Shown here: positions 14,949 through 26,366 of the stretch, piece after piece
Numbering within the stretch: the first letter of the stretch is position 1
Layout of the letters: each line of letters opens with the position of its first letter
DNA from: Acholeplasmataceae bacterium
GTDB taxonomy: Bacteria > Bacillota_I > Bacilli_A > Acholeplasmatales > Acholeplasmataceae
Assembly (NCBI GenBank): GCA_036758425.1
Contig: DAIOWP010000001.1
Span: 513-64,512 of the forward strand
Reading direction: 5' to 3'
DNA: 64,000 nt
Notes under the pieces: generated by a model
Told to the model about the DNA's origin: nothing
What the model saw: the letters and a program-made list of their open reading frames with translations, nothing else
Database searches by the model: none
Made by a program: the position numbers and the translations under genes

Positions 14949-17024
14949 TTATACTCTTTTTCGAAGTGCAGGGTGACTTTCCAAAATCTTCTTGATTCCA
15001 TGTGGCATACCAAATGCAATGGTTGCTACATCTTCATCCACACGAATCACAACACCTAATCCAAAGACATTGTGTTCAACTTTATCGCCTGTCTTAAGGA
15101 GATGTCCCTTTCCTTCACTCATACCTTCAAAGGATGGTTTTTCAAATGACAATCGTGACTCTTGAATAAAGCGAGAGGGGTATGAATATCGCATGGTTCC
15201 ATAAACCATACGTTGATCCGCATAACTCATGTATAACTTTTCTTTTGCTCGTGTGATACCCACATAAGCAATTCTTCGTTCTTCTTCAAGTTCGGCAGGA
15301 TTCATCAACGAACGATCAGAGGGGAAAATATTTTCTTCCATGACCACCATAAAGACTGCTCGAAACTCAAGTCCTTTGACTTGATGATAGGTCGATAATC
15401 TCACCCGATTGACATCATCTAATTCTTGATCTTGATCAGAGTAAAGCGCAATTTGATCGAGCTGTTGATGGAGTTTTTCCATAAACGTCCCTTCGTAGTA
15501 TTGATCACCACGTGTGAATACGTTTTGGAGTTCTTTTAAGTTATCAATTCTGTCATCAGCAATCTCATCGTTTTCAGCACGAAGCATATCGATGTATCCC
15601 GTCTTTCCCATGAGATAGGGCATGATTTCAGCAAGATTCTCCATCTCATCAAATTTCGTACCCATATCTTGAATGAGCGCACTAAATGATTGAAGCGATT
15701 GCTTTGCAGCAGGTGTTAAATCAGCATAAGGGATGGCTTCAAACATGGAAACGCCTAATTCCTTTGCTTTTTGTTCAAGTTTTTGGATGGAAACAAGCCC
15801 AATCGAACGTTTAGGTACATTGATAATTCGTTTTAAATAGAAGTCTTGGGTCGGATCTAAGACGGCTCGAATATACGCGAGTGCATCTTTAATTTCACGA
15901 CGTTCATAGAAACTGATGCCACCATAAATGACATAAGGTAGTCCCTCTTTGATCATCGCTTCTTCAAAGAGACGTGAAAGTGCATTATTTCGATAAAGAA
16001 CGGCGATTTCATCAAAACGAACACCAAGTTGGTTAAGTCTTCTGATTTCACCGACAACAAAGAATGATTCTCTGATATCGTTTTGTGCGTGATGAATAAA
16101 AGGCATTTCACCCATACCCAAATCACTTTCAAGGTTTTTTGCTGCTGGGCGATTAAAGTTGTAGTTGATCAGTTGATTCGCAGCTTGTAAGATGTAATTT
16201 GTTGAACGATAGTTTTGTTCTAAAACGATTTGTTCAGCACCAAAATCCTTGGTAAACAGACGAGCATTCTCATAATTAGCACCACGGAATGCATAAATCG
16301 ATTGGTCAGGGTCTCCTACGACAAATACATTTTTATGACGAGCACCCATGATCTTTAAAAGTTTATATTGAATGATGTCAGTATCTTGGAATTCATCGAC
16401 TAAAATGTGTTCAAATGCGAGTTGATAGTGATCTCGAATTTTAGGATAATCTTCAAAGAGTTCAAGCGGATAAAGAAGCAAATCATCAAAGTCAACGAGT
16501 TGGTTTTCACGTAAATAGTTTTGATATTTTTGATAAATTTTCTCTTCATCGGTACGTTCAAACTGATCGAGTCGTCTTGATTTATATAAAGAGATTAGAT
16601 TCTTAAGATGCTTAAGTGAGAACATCTTCACATCGAGTTCGAGTGACTTGATCACTTCTTGGATGATTTTCTTGCCATCTTCTTCATCGATGACATTGAA
16701 ATTAGGACGATATCCATAAGGGAGTTCTGCGATATGACGTCTTAATATTTGAAGCCCTAACGCATGAAACGTATAGAGCCATACTTCGGTTGCATAAGGT
16801 CCCGTCATTTCAATGACGCGTGTTTTCATCTCGCGTGCTGCTTTATTGGTAAATGTCACCGCGAGAATCCGATGAGGAGTCACGCCATTCATGATCAAAT
16901 AAGCAATACGTGATGTGAGTGTTTTTGTCTTTCCTGTTCCCGCACCTGCGACAACAAAAAGCGGTCCACCAGGGTGGATCACCGCTTTTAATTGCGATTC
17001 ATTTAGTGTAGCTAGCCAGTTCAT
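14949..17024 (-). CDS. pcrA: ATP-dependent DNA helicase PcrA
   Basis: 691 aa with the motifs AGAGTGKT, VDEFQDT, GDPDQSIYAFRGA, YHQVKGLEF and VGITRAK. The pcrA-ligA neighbourhood matches Bacillus. Confidence 0.93.
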   Translation of the reverse strand: MNWLATLNESQLKAVIHPGGPLFVVAGAGTGKTKTLTSRIAYLIMNGVTPHRILAVTFTNKAAREMKTRVIEMTGPYATEVWLYTFHALGLQILRRHIAELPYGYRPNFNVIDEEDGKKIIQEVIKSLELDVKMFSLKHLKNLISLYKSRRLDQFERTDEEKIYQKYQNYLRENQLVDFDDLLLYPLELFEDYPKIRDHYQLAFEHILVDEFQDTDIIQYKLLKIMGARHKNVFVVGDPDQSIYAFRGANYENARLFTKDFGAEQIVLEQNYRSTNYILQAANQLINYNFNRPAAKNLESDLGMGEMPFIHHAQNDIRESFFVVGEIRRLNQLGVRFDEIAVLYRNNALSRLFEEAMIKEGLPYVIYGGISFYERREIKDALAYIRAVLDPTQDFYLKRIINVPKRSIGLVSIQKLEQKAKELGVSMFEAIPYADLTPAAKQSLQSFSALIQDMGTKFDEMENLAEIMPYLMGKTGYIDMLRAENDEIADDRIDNLKELQNVFTRGDQYYEGTFMEKLHQQLDQIALYSDQDQELDDVNRVRLSTYHQVKGLEFRAVFMVVMEENIFPSDRSLMNPAELEEERRIAYVGITRAKEKLYMSYADQRMVYGTMRYSYPSRFIQESRLSFEKPSFEGMSEGKGHLLKTGDKVEHNVFGLGVVIRVDEDVATIAFGMPHGIKKILESHPALRKRV

Positions 17025-17039
17025 GGCACACCCACTTTC

Positions 17040-18671
17040 TTACTTGTACGAACTCTTTAACGGTACGATTTCATTAAAGACAAGATGATTCTTCTTGGTC
17101 GAAAGATCGGTATTAAAGTATCCGTTTCTTATGAATTGGAATTTATCTTGAGGTTTAACGTTAGCTAATGCGGATTCAACAAAGCCGTGTTTAATCGTCC
17201 ATGAATCTTGGTTAAAACGATCCATTAAACTCATCTCTTCATCGCCAAGAATCATGGGTCCAAAGAAGTTAAATGTTGCTTTGCTTGCATGGGTTGCTTC
17301 AACGAAATGAATCGTTCCATTAGGCTTTCGATCATTAAAACCCGATCCAGAACGTGTTGCAGGATCATAGGTTGCTAAAACTTCAATGACATTTCCTTCT
17401 TTATCTTTGATCACTTCATTGGCTTTAATAAAGTAAGCATAGAAGAGTCGAACTTCATCACCTAATGACAGTCGTTTGTATTTATTATTGGGTTTTGTCT
17501 CAACATAATCATCGGCTTCAATATAAAGGTGTCTTGAGAAGGGAACTTGACGTGAACCTAATTCAGGTTTGTCCTGATGATATAAAACATCAAAGTATTC
17601 AATCTTACCTTCTTCATAGTTTGTGATGGTGACCTTAAGTGGATTGATCACAGCCATGGCTCGGGGTGCACGTTCTGCAAGATCATCACGAAGTGCTGCC
17701 TCAAGCATGTCGGTACCCACTGTAGAGTTAACTTTGGATAATCCTGTTGAAATGACAAAGCGACGAATAGCTTCTGGTGTATATCCCCGTCTTCTAAGTC
17801 CCGATAAGGTAGGCATACGTGGATCGTCCCATCCAATAACTTTGTTTTCTTCAACAAGTTGACGTAAGAAACGTTTACTCATCACTGTATTTTCAATGGA
17901 TAGACGACCAAATTCAATCTGACGTGGTACTTTGGGCATTTCAGTTTCCCTAACAACCCAATCATAGAGAGGACGATGGTCTTCAAATTCAAGGGAGCAT
18001 AGGGAATGTGTGATACCTTCAATCGCATCTTCAAGAGGATGGGCATAATCATACATGGGATAGATACACCATTTCTTACCGGTATTATGGTGTTCAGCAA
18101 AACTGATGCGATAGATCACAGGATCTCTCATATTCATATTGGGAGATGACATATCGATCTTCGCACGAAGAACGCATTCACCTTCCTTGAATTTACCTTC
18201 ACGCATCTCATTGAACAGTCTTAGGTTTTCTTCGACTGAACGATCACGATATTTGGATGGTTTACCTGGGGTTTGTAAATTGCCACGATCTTTTGCGATT
18301 TCATCGGCTGTGGAATGATCGACATACGCTAATCCCTTTTTGATCAGAAGGATGGCACGTTCATACATTTCTTCAAAATAGTCGCTTGCGAAATAAACAT
18401 TTTTAGGTTCATAACCTAACCAGCGAATATCATCAAGAATCGCTTTGACATAAACATCGTCTTCTTTACTAGGGTTTGTATCATCATAACGGAGATTGGT
18501 ATATCCACCGTATTGTTTCGCACTTTCAAAGTCGGTGATGATGGCACGCGCATGGCCAATGTGTAAAAACCCGTTGGGTTCGGGTGGAAAACGTGTCACG
18601 ATCTCATCGTGTTTTTTTGATTCAAGATCGTTTTCAATAATGGTTGTAATAAAGTTGGAAATTTTTTCCAT
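17040..18671 (-). CDS. glnS: Glutaminyl-tRNA synthetase
   Basis: 543 aa. It has [15 protein letters not shown] (the HIGH motif), VMSKR (the KMSKS motif) and a GlnRS-type C-terminal beta-barrel region. Confidence 0.85.
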   Translation of the reverse strand: MEKISNFITTIIENDLESKKHDEIVTRFPPEPNGFLHIGHARAIITDFESAKQYGGYTNLRYDDTNPSKEDDVYVKAILDDIRWLGYEPKNVYFASDYFEEMYERAILLIKKGLAYVDHSTADEIAKDRGNLQTPGKPSKYRDRSVEENLRLFNEMREGKFKEGECVLRAKIDMSSPNMNMRDPVIYRISFAEHHNTGKKWCIYPMYDYAHPLEDAIEGITHSLCSLEFEDHRPLYDWVVRETEMPKVPRQIEFGRLSIENTVMSKRFLRQLVEENKVIGWDDPRMPTLSGLRRRGYTPEAIRRFVISTGLSKVNSTVGTDMLEAALRDDLAERAPRAMAVINPLKVTITNYEEGKIEYFDVLYHQDKPELGSRQVPFSRHLYIEADDYVETKPNNKYKRLSLGDEVRLFYAYFIKANEVIKDKEGNVIEVLATYDPATRSGSGFNDRKPNGTIHFVEATHASKATFNFFGPMILGDEEMSLMDRFNQDSWTIKHGFVESALANVKPQDKFQFIRNGYFNTDLSTKKNHLVFNEIVPLKSSYK

Positions 18672-18697
18672 AAGTCAGTCACCTCATTGTCTCATCT

Positions 18698-18726
18698 ATT
18701 ATATGATAAAACCCCTTAAACTACAA
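18698..18726 (-). promoter_or_regulatory. Candidate glnS promoter
   Basis: The minus strand reads TTGTAG (18726-18721), a 17-nt spacer, then TATAAT (18703-18698). A GAGGTGA SD follows before the glnS ATG. Confidence 0.55.
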
Positions 18727-18737
18727 GTTGACTTCAT

Positions 18738-18767
18738 AAAAAACACACCCATGTTTCCATGAGTGTG
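18738..18767 (-). terminator. Strong rho-independent terminator of the 553-aa gene
   Basis: The minus strand reads CACACTCATG-GAAA-CATGGGTGTG (10-bp stem, GNRA loop) followed by T5/T6. Confidence 0.8.
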
Positions 18768-18786
18768 CGCTTCATTGAATCAAATA

Positions 18787-20448
18787 TTATGGGAGTAAGC
18801 CAAACAAATCTTCGTAGTTGAGATCTGTTCCTTCAAAGGCTTCAATCAAATCGTTAAAGAGTTGTTCTTGTTCTTCATCTGATAAGCCATCAAGAACTTC
18901 GACAAGTTGTTCGACAGCAGCTTCTGGATCAGCTTCTGGATCAACCACTGCAGCAAGTAAATCATCGATTGCTTCATTTAATTCGGGTGGATAGTTTGGA
19001 TCGCCAGAAATCGTATTTAATACATCTTGAACAGCATCTTGGATGTCTTGTAGGGGGATGGCATCATTGAGAGTAATGTACATTCTCAAACTGTCATCTA
19101 CAACGGAAACTGATTCAATACCCATACCTGCAGCATCCATTTGTTGGTCAAAATCTTTGATGACAAATGCGCCATCAACGATGATTTCGTTATCACCTAA
19201 CATCGTTAGGACATTGGCAATATTTTCCGAACCTAATGTGACTTCACCAGCAACAAGTTCATTTAAGACAATGCGTAAGTCACTGCCTGATACTTCAGGC
19301 GTCGCATCAATCTTAATAATCGTTTGGAATAATTTAAGTGGGTCGGTGGTATCTGTAATGGTTAAAGGAATATTGACGATAAAATCACCATTCATTGTGA
19401 TATAGGGAACAAATGCTGTCATTGTATACTTTTCAAATAAAGGTGATTCAATCAAAACACCTGGCGTTGCTTGATTTTCACGCATGAAGAATTCAAACAT
19501 ACGGTTTAAGGTAAAATCGTCAAGTTCAATAAATGGTGTTGGGTCTTCACTACCAAGTGTTGAGAAAATCATCGCACTAGCTTTGGAAGCTAAGATCGAT
19601 TGAAGGTGCGCTTCATTGATAATCTTATCCGCTTCTTGGAGTTCAAATGGTGCGGTATCATCCTTGGTTTTACCGAGTGCAAGATCTACATTAAAGTCGC
19701 CATCTTCAAAACCAATATCTAATAATTCATTTTCTTCAATAAATGCAAGTAGGGATTGGATCATCGCTTTTTGTTGGGGTTCTTCAATCATTTGATCAAT
19801 GACGGAATCAACACTCATTCTGATTTCACGATTGGTAGCATCAAATGTTGCAAGACCACCTAATTGACCATCGATCAAATCTTTAATCGATTGTCCAGCA
19901 ATTTGTTCAGTGACCCATGATGCAACACTGAATGTCCACGCAAGAGGGAGATTACCAATGGTTAATTTATCGAGTTTTAAGACCACTTCATCGGTATCAG
20001 CTGTAATCTTAAATGCGATGAGTAAACGTGTCTTATACGTAAATGTTGACACGAACACATGAGCACCCGATTCAATTTCAATGACATCATCTTTGAATCG
20101 AATCCAAGAACCTTGATAACCGAAAAAACTTTCTTTTATGACATAATTCTTTTCATCTTCAGTAGCACCATCAACGAGATAATTGGCATTGATCGTACGC
20201 ATTTGATTGAGAATAAGCGAGTTAGCATTTTCTTGTGCAAGCGATAATCCTACCGTGGATGTACTATCGTTGCTTAAGAGGAAACTATCAACATCTTCTT
20301 GAATCATTTCAGTTAATGATACAGCTTCAATATCACCAAATTCATCGGTTGGAATGGTCACTGGCTTATAGAGAAGTGCCAGTAAAATCAAAGGAATCGC
20401 AAGAATGGAAAGGATCGGCAATACAATGAGTTTAAATAAAAACTTCAT
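18787..20448 (-). CDS. Hypothetical N-terminally anchored extracytoplasmic protein with an acidic C-terminal tail
   Basis: 553-aa ORF with the N-terminal TM helix LIVLPILSILAIPLILLALL and a very acidic last ~70 aa. It appears to have two similar modules. Confidence 0.6.
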   Translation of the reverse strand: MKFLFKLIVLPILSILAIPLILLALLYKPVTIPTDEFGDIEAVSLTEMIQEDVDSFLLSNDSTSTVGLSLAQENANSLILNQMRTINANYLVDGATEDEKNYVIKESFFGYQGSWIRFKDDVIEIESGAHVFVSTFTYKTRLLIAFKITADTDEVVLKLDKLTIGNLPLAWTFSVASWVTEQIAGQSIKDLIDGQLGGLATFDATNREIRMSVDSVIDQMIEEPQQKAMIQSLLAFIEENELLDIGFEDGDFNVDLALGKTKDDTAPFELQEADKIINEAHLQSILASKASAMIFSTLGSEDPTPFIELDDFTLNRMFEFFMRENQATPGVLIESPLFEKYTMTAFVPYITMNGDFIVNIPLTITDTTDPLKLFQTIIKIDATPEVSGSDLRIVLNELVAGEVTLGSENIANVLTMLGDNEIIVDGAFVIKDFDQQMDAAGMGIESVSVVDDSLRMYITLNDAIPLQDIQDAVQDVLNTISGDPNYPPELNEAIDDLLAAVVDPEADPEAAVEQLVEVLDGLSDEEQEQLFNDLIEAFEGTDLNYEDLFGLLP

Positions 20449-20652
20449 AAGACATCACTCCTTTTGTTATCTTCATCATAATACCAACACCCTAAAAATA
20501 CAATCATTTCGCATGCGATTTATTATAAAATACGGTGTGGAAGGAAATTGAGGAATAATGCACCATGATGCGAATCTCTTCACTGGATGTTATGTTGGTT
20601 TTCACTTGTATGTGGTATAATCAAATCAATCTACAATCAAGGGGGACATCTT

Positions 20653-20880
20653 ATGTCAGTATCTGTGAATAAACTTATCGCCTTTTTCTATTGGTTAAGA
20701 AATGTTTCGTTTGCCCTACAGGCTGTTTTAATCATGGTTTCACTGCTTGTTGCATCTTCTCAAGATCAAGAACCTTGGATTCCATATATCGTGAACCATC
20801 CTCTTTTTGGTTGGTTAGTTTTCTTATTGATTGTCGCTGTCGTCAGCACCGTTACGATTGAACATTTAGAAAAAAAATAA
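20653..20880 (+). CDS. Small membrane protein (75 aa, two TM helices)
   Basis: The ATG at 20653 is preceded by AAGGGGGA. A TGgTATAAT extended -10 lies about 30 nt upstream. The protein has two hydrophobic helices. Confidence 0.5.
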   Translation: MSVSVNKLIAFFYWLRNVSFALQAVLIMVSLLVASSQDQEPWIPYIVNHPLFGWLVFLLIVAVVSTVTIEHLEKK

Positions 20881-20883
20881 AGG

Positions 20884-21891
20884 CTATTCGCCTTCATCTT
20901 CAACGGATAAGGTGGACTCCCCTCCAAGTAGATAATGGGGGAGTGCTCCTTTTTTTTGATATTGATAGTAAGCTGCTGCACCGATCATGGCTGCATTATC
21001 TGTGCAGTATGCCATACTTGGAAAAATGATGTCTTTATTGGGAATTTCGTTAAAAATGCGTTTTCTTAATCCCTTATTCGCTGCAACCCCTCCAGAGACA
21101 ATGATCTGTTTGACATCAAGGTTTTCAGAAGCTAGTCTTGTTTTTTCTATGATGACATCGAGAACGGATGCTTGGAACGATGCACACATGTTAGGAACAT
21201 CAATCTTCTCACCGCGCTGTTCAGCGTTATGCACGAGATTGATAACTGCGCTCTTTAGTCCAGAAAAGCTGAAATGATATTCTTTTCGATCAAGATAGGG
21301 GCGTGGTAGATGATAGGTATCTTCTCCCATTTGAGCAAGTTTATCAACGATGGGTCCACCTGGGTAAGCTAAACCTAAGGTTCTCGCAACTTTATCATAA
21401 GCTTCACCAACAGCATCATCTTGTGTGGTTCCTAAAAGCTTAAAGGACATATGTTCTTGCATATAGATTAATTCGGTGTGTCCACCAGAAATTAAAAGAG
21501 CAAGCGCAGGAAACTTGATTTCGTGTTCCAAACCCGCTGCATAAATATGACCGTGGAGGTGATTCACACCCATTAAGGGTAATCCATGAGCATATGCGAA
21601 TGCAGTGGCTGCATTGATTCCAACAAGAAGTGATCCAATCAAACCTGGACCTTTCGTTACCGCAACCAAATCAAGGTCTTTAGGCTTGACATTGGCTTCA
21701 CGAAGGGCTTCTTCAAAAAGACGTGTCATGTGGACAACGTGATTGCGTGATGCAATTTCAGGGACAACTCCACCAAAAGCTTGATGGATATCAATCTGCG
21801 ATAAAACGAGATGTGCGAGCACTTTTTTACCATCTTCGACAATCGCAACCGAACTTTCATCACATGATGATTCAACAGCTAAGATAATCAC
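20884..21891 (-). CDS. tsaD: tRNA N6-adenosine threonylcarbamoyltransferase
   Basis: 335 aa. The N-terminus is [16 protein letters not shown] and the metal site is VNHLHGH. Confidence 0.95.
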   Translation of the reverse strand: MIILAVESSCDESSVAIVEDGKKVLAHLVLSQIDIHQAFGGVVPEIASRNHVVHMTRLFEEALREANVKPKDLDLVAVTKGPGLIGSLLVGINAATAFAYAHGLPLMGVNHLHGHIYAAGLEHEIKFPALALLISGGHTELIYMQEHMSFKLLGTTQDDAVGEAYDKVARTLGLAYPGGPIVDKLAQMGEDTYHLPRPYLDRKEYHFSFSGLKSAVINLVHNAEQRGEKIDVPNMCASFQASVLDVIIEKTRLASENLDVKQIIVSGGVAANKGLRKRIFNEIPNKDIIFPSMAYCTDNAAMIGAAAYYQYQKKGALPHYLLGGESTLSVEDEGE

Positions 21892-22322
21892 GCGCTCACC
21901 TCCTTGATATAGACAATCGCGTCTTCTGTTTTATAATAATCTTTTCTGATATGAGACTTCTTAAATCCCATTTTTTCATAAAATGCTTGTGCAACAACAT
22001 TGCTCTGACGTACTTCTAATGAGATTAAATCAATTCCTTCAAGACGAAGTTCATTCAGAACAAACGTCAGTAAAGCAGTTCCATATCCATGGTGCTGTTT
22101 AGCTTTGATAATCGCAAAATTCATCATCTCTGCATGATCATCTACCCGAATACCTAAATATCCTGCAAAGCCGTCTTCATCTTCAATGATATACATGCGT
22201 GCGAAGGGATTGAGTGATAGTTCATCATAAAGAAATGTTTCACCTAATGATTCTTGAAACACCGTTTGTTCAAGTTGAACAATAGGGATGATGTCATTTA
22301 GTTTAGCTCTTCTGATCTGCAT
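21888..22322 (-). CDS. rimI: Ribosomal-protein-alanine N-acetyltransferase (GNAT)
   Basis: 144 aa with the GNAT acetyl-CoA motif [10 protein letters not shown]. It is embedded in the tsaE-tsaB-rimI-tsaD operon with 4-nt overlaps. Confidence 0.85.
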   Translation of the reverse strand: MQIRRAKLNDIIPIVQLEQTVFQESLGETFLYDELSLNPFARMYIIEDEDGFAGYLGIRVDDHAEMMNFAIIKAKQHHGYGTALLTFVLNELRLEGIDLISLEVRQSNVVAQAFYEKMGFKKSHIRKDYYKTEDAIVYIKEVSA

Positions 22323-22896
22323 GACTTTCAGCTTCCGTGCGTCTTAAATAATGAGGTACTAAACCATGTATGTCTTCAACGAGCATACCTTTTTCACGTA
22401 TCAATTTGGGATTGACGATAAAACTGCGATCATCAATAAAAACGGTTTGAGCTTGCTTGTAGATATCTAATTGCTGAAGATCAGATAATAATCGATATCC
22501 ATCTTCAAGAAGCGTTTGCCCATGTTCATAAATACCTGAGAATACATGACCTCTTCTCGCATCAACGAGTGCTGCAACTTTCCCCTCATAACCAGAGGTC
22601 ATGAAGAAAAGAGAACTGACGACTTTGAGTTTCATATGACGTGCATACGCAAGCATCTTTCCCACGACAACAGCAATACGAATTCCCGTGTAGGAACCCG
22701 GTCCATAACCGATGATGAGTTCATCAATTTTATCAAGTGTCAATTTATTGCGTCTCAAAACTTGATCGATACGATCGACCAAATATTTTGCATGGTCGCG
22801 TTGTGCAATCCGTATACTGTAATCGATTAAAATGTCATCTTTTGCAACACCAACATACATGACATTGGTGGACACATCAAAAAACAGTGTTCTCAT
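22303..22896 (-). CDS. tsaB: tRNA threonylcarbamoyladenosine biosynthesis protein TsaB
   Basis: 197 aa with the GPGSYTGIRI motif, in the expected operon position. Confidence 0.88.
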   Translation of the reverse strand: MRTLFFDVSTNVMYVGVAKDDILIDYSIRIAQRDHAKYLVDRIDQVLRRNKLTLDKIDELIIGYGPGSYTGIRIAVVVGKMLAYARHMKLKVVSSLFFMTSGYEGKVAALVDARRGHVFSGIYEHGQTLLEDGYRLLSDLQQLDIYKQAQTVFIDDRSFIVNPKLIREKGMLVEDIHGLVPHYLRRTEAESHADQKS

Positions 22897-23351
22897 ATGT
22901 ATTGCACCGCCCGTTTACAAGGTATACCTACACAGATCATCGTAAATTCTCTCATCGAATCTGAGATCTTCTTGATCTTCACAAGTAGATAATCTTTTGG
23001 AAGTAAATCTTCAGCTTGATAAGGCCACTCGACAACAATCATACCCATACCATCGATATATTCTTCAAGATCAAAATCGCTTCCCACGCCTTCTAATCGA
23101 TAAAGGTCTAAGTGGTAGAGCGTTTTGAGTCGATCTTTTGATTTATATTTTTTCATCAGCGTAAAGGTAGGAGAATTGACCACATCTTCAATACCGATTG
23201 CTCGTGCAAGGCCTTTAGTTAGTGTGGTCTTCCCTGAACCAAGTTCACCATCAAGTAAGATAACGACTTTGGATTCATCCTTTAAAAGTAAACCGAGCTC
23301 ATAGCCTAGAGCCTCGGTTTCACTTGCTGAATACGTTGTTTTAACTTTCAT
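22893..23351 (-). CDS. tsaE: tRNA threonylcarbamoyladenosine biosynthesis ATPase TsaE
   Basis: 152 aa with GELGSGKTTLTKG, SPTF and HLDLYR motifs. Confidence 0.9.
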   Translation of the reverse strand: MKVKTTYSASETEALGYELGLLLKDESKVVILLDGELGSGKTTLTKGLARAIGIEDVVNSPTFTLMKKYKSKDRLKTLYHLDLYRLEGVGSDFDLEEYIDGMGMIVVEWPYQAEDLLPKDYLLVKIKKISDSMREFTMICVGIPCKRAVQYI

Positions 23352-23358
23352 GTGATCC

Positions 23359-24663
23359 CTACTTCAGTACGTTTTCGTATCCCTTTTTACCTAAAAGTGC
23401 AAACATGTTTTTCTTATATGCTTCAACGCCAGGTTGATTGAATGGGTTCACATCAATTAAATAGGCACTCATCGCACATGCTTTTTCGAAGAAGTAAACG
23501 AGATAACCAAATGTGAAAGCATCCATCTGTGGAATGGTGAGTAACATGTTTGGAACGCCACCGTCTTTATGCGCCATCATCGTACCTTTGAGTGCTTGTT
23601 GATTGACATAGGAGAGTGGTTTTCCACTTAAATAATTCAGTTCATCTAAATCATTTTTTTCTTCGGGTAGAACAACATCAAATGCTGTATTTTCGACATT
23701 GATGACGGTTTCGAAAAGATGACGTTCACCTTCTTGAATATATTGACCAAGTGAATGAAGATCAGTTGAAAATCCAGCTGATGCAACAAAGAGACCTTTA
23801 TTGTCTTTTCCTTCGGATTCACCAAAGAGTTGTTTCCACCATTCATTGAGGTAAAGTAGATTGGGTTCATAACCGACAAGCATTTCGATTTTCTTACCTG
23901 AACGATATAAGAGATAGCGGGTTGCTGCATAAAGATATGCTTCATTATTCAAAAGTGAAGGTTTCGAGAAACGTGCGTACGCTTCTTTTGCGCCTTTAAG
24001 AATATCTTTCGTTTTGATTCCTGCAGCTTCCAATGGGAGTAGTCCAACTGCAGTCAGTACTGAAAAGCGTCCACCAACATCATCAGGAATGACAAACATT
24101 TCATAACCGTTTTCTTTGGCAACTGAATAAAGTGCACCACGTTTTTTATCTGTAGTTGCAAAGATTCTTTCTTTGGCTTGTTCTTCGCCTACTTGTTCTT
24201 CAAGTAAATTCTTAAGAACACGGAATGCAATCGCAGGTTCGGTGGTTGTTCCTGATTTTGAGATGACATTGATCGAAAAACGTTTGTTCTTTAAATATTC
24301 AACGAGTTCATGCAAATAAGATCCTGACATCTGATGACCAGCAAACACGACTTCAAGTCTTTCTTTCTTGAAAGGTACTTTTAAGAATTCTAAGCCTGCT
24401 TTAGCACCTAAATAAGATCCACCAATTCCGATAACGACAAGGACTTGGCTCTGCTTTCTAATCTTCTTCGCAGCAGCAACAATCCGCGCATATTCTTCTT
24501 TATCATACGTCTTAGGAAGGTCGAGCCATCCTAAATAATCTGATCCTTTTCCTGTTCTTTCGTGGATCACTTTGTGGAGTCTCTTAACTTCTTTTTGTAA
24601 CGATTCGGGTTGTTCATTGAGAAATGAACGGACATCTTCGATGTTTAATTGGATGTGATTCAT
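23359..24663 (-). CDS. pgi: Glucose-6-phosphate isomerase
   Basis: 434 aa, Firmicute short-type PGI ([22 protein letters not shown]). Confidence 0.93.
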   Translation of the reverse strand: MNHIQLNIEDVRSFLNEQPESLQKEVKRLHKVIHERTGKGSDYLGWLDLPKTYDKEEYARIVAAAKKIRKQSQVLVVIGIGGSYLGAKAGLEFLKVPFKKERLEVVFAGHQMSGSYLHELVEYLKNKRFSINVISKSGTTTEPAIAFRVLKNLLEEQVGEEQAKERIFATTDKKRGALYSVAKENGYEMFVIPDDVGGRFSVLTAVGLLPLEAAGIKTKDILKGAKEAYARFSKPSLLNNEAYLYAATRYLLYRSGKKIEMLVGYEPNLLYLNEWWKQLFGESEGKDNKGLFVASAGFSTDLHSLGQYIQEGERHLFETVINVENTAFDVVLPEEKNDLDELNYLSGKPLSYVNQQALKGTMMAHKDGGVPNMLLTIPQMDAFTFGYLVYFFEKACAMSAYLIDVNPFNQPGVEAYKKNMFALLGKKGYENVLK

Positions 24664-25004
24664 GATTTCTTTTCCTCGATTCTTTGTTTAGCTTTTTCAA
24701 TCCAATGCGGTAATGCTTTTGAGAGTGAGTGAAAACCTATTTTAATTTTCACCATTTTCGATATTTTAGGATGAATAGGATTGGCTTGTTTATAGGATAG
24801 TTTTAAGCGTTTTTGTTCCTCATCAATATCCAAAACAATAACTTCGACTTCATCACCCACACAAAGAATCTCTTCGATTGAAGAGACAAATTGATCGGAT
24901 AATTCCGAGATGTGAATGAGTCCGGTATAGTCTTCATAGGTGACGAAGACACCATATGATTGAATACCTGTGATTGTGCAGATGATTTGATCGTTTATCT
25001 TCAT
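24660..25004 (-). CDS. S1-domain RNA-binding protein (YugI/general stress protein 13-like)
   Basis: S1 fold sequence GIQSYGVFV...GLIHISEL. The ATG at 25004 is preceded by GAGG. It lies next to pgi, as yugI does in Bacillus. Confidence 0.75.
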   Translation of the reverse strand: MKINDQIICTITGIQSYGVFVTYEDYTGLIHISELSDQFVSSIEEILCVGDEVEVIVLDIDEEQKRLKLSYKQANPIHPKISKMVKIKIGFHSLSKALPHWIEKAKQRIEEKKS

Positions 25005-25106
25005 ATCTAAAAACCTCGCAAGTATTATATCATATTTTATATGATGATTCATGCATAAGAAAAGATGCCAATAGACGAAAGCGTCTATCAACATCTCAAC
25101 TGATGT

Positions 25107-25949
25107 TTATTCGTTCGATAGATAAATGCCTAAGCCACCTAAGCCAACGTGAGCTGAGACAACGGGGCTGATGACTCCTGTGATCTTGACGCGAATTTGA
25201 TCACCGAGTTGGTAGAGTTCTTGTTCAAGTTCTTTTGCTTCTAAACTGCGATCGACATAGGCAATATAGACACAAACCTTACCAAAATTCAACATTTTCT
25301 TCACTTCTTCAGAAAGATAAAGAATGACATTCTTGAAACTTCTTACTTTGTGTTCGAGATCAAGAACACCACGTCTAAAACGTAGAATAGGTTTGATCTT
25401 TAATACATTCCCAATGATTGCTTGAACTTTTCCAATACGACCATTCCGTACCAAGGTTTGAAGATTATCCACAGTAAAGATCAGTGAACCTTTTTCTTTC
25501 AATTCTTCAAGGTATCCTAATGCATCTGTGATATGATGCCCTTCATCTAAATAACGAATGAGTTCTTCAATTAAGTAAAGTCCACCATTAATCGTAGTTT
25601 CTGTATCCACGACATAGACGTTATTGTTTTCTAGAAGTGTTTGAGCGAGCGTTGCGCTGTTGATCGTTCCAGAAAGTGTCTTTGACAATGTCAAACAGAT
25701 AACTTGAGGGAACATTTTTAATTGTTCTTCATACGCCTTCATAAACAATTCAGGAGTTGGTTGTGAAGTTTTCACGTGCTTACCTTGTTGTAAGGCTTCG
25801 ACGACAACATCGGGATGAATCTGTCCATCGATGTACTCCTTATCATCAATTAATACTTTGAGAGGAACAACGGTAATCCGCTGTTCAGTTGCATACTCTT
25901 TTGATAATCCTAATGTTGAATCAACGACAAGTCCAATTTTTCGTTTCAT
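25107..25949 (-). CDS. DegV-family fatty-acid-binding protein
   Basis: 280 aa with the N-terminus KIGLVVDST and overall DegV pattern (TSQP..., SPVVSAHVG). Confidence 0.88.
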   Translation of the reverse strand: MKRKIGLVVDSTLGLSKEYATEQRITVVPLKVLIDDKEYIDGQIHPDVVVEALQQGKHVKTSQPTPELFMKAYEEQLKMFPQVICLTLSKTLSGTINSATLAQTLLENNNVYVVDTETTINGGLYLIEELIRYLDEGHHITDALGYLEELKEKGSLIFTVDNLQTLVRNGRIGKVQAIIGNVLKIKPILRFRRGVLDLEHKVRSFKNVILYLSEEVKKMLNFGKVCVYIAYVDRSLEAKELEQELYQLGDQIRVKITGVISPVVSAHVGLGGLGIYLSNE

Positions 25950-26051
25950 GTTTATACCACCTTTTTATTGTATGCTATACATCCAAAGGAAATCCTTCGA
26001 AGTGATTATATCAAATTTAATGGTCTTTATTGTATTGTGTCGAATTATGGT

Positions 26052-26079
26052 AAAAAAGAGGGGCTATTATTCCCCTCTT
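26052..26079 (-). terminator. Rho-independent terminator after the nfu-like gene
   Basis: The minus strand reads AAGAGGGG-aataatag-CCCCTCTT followed by T6. Confidence 0.75.
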
Positions 26080-26081
26080 GA

Positions 26082-26321
26082 TTAGTCTACCGTAACAACC
26101 GCAATTACACCGGGTACATTTTCAAGTAGCATGGTTTCGATACCTTGTTTCAAGGTCACATCGAGTGCCATGCATCCATCACATGCACCAAGCATTTTAA
26201 CATAGACGATTCCATCTTCAACGTTAAGGACTTCAATATCCCCACCATCACGTTGCAGATAAGGTCTCACTTTGGTTATGAGCGCTAAGACTTGTTCTTT
26301 GGTTTGATCCATACGTATCAC
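26082..26321 (-). CDS. NifU C-terminal-like Fe-S cluster carrier (Nfu/YutI-like)
   Basis: 79 aa with DGGDIE and the GACDGC CxxC motif. Confidence 0.85.
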   Translation of the reverse strand: MIRMDQTKEQVLALITKVRPYLQRDGGDIEVLNVEDGIVYVKMLGACDGCMALDVTLKQGIETMLLENVPGVIAVVTVD

Positions 26322-26366
26322 CCATCCTTTATGACACCTTTAGTATACTCTATGAAGATAAAATCT

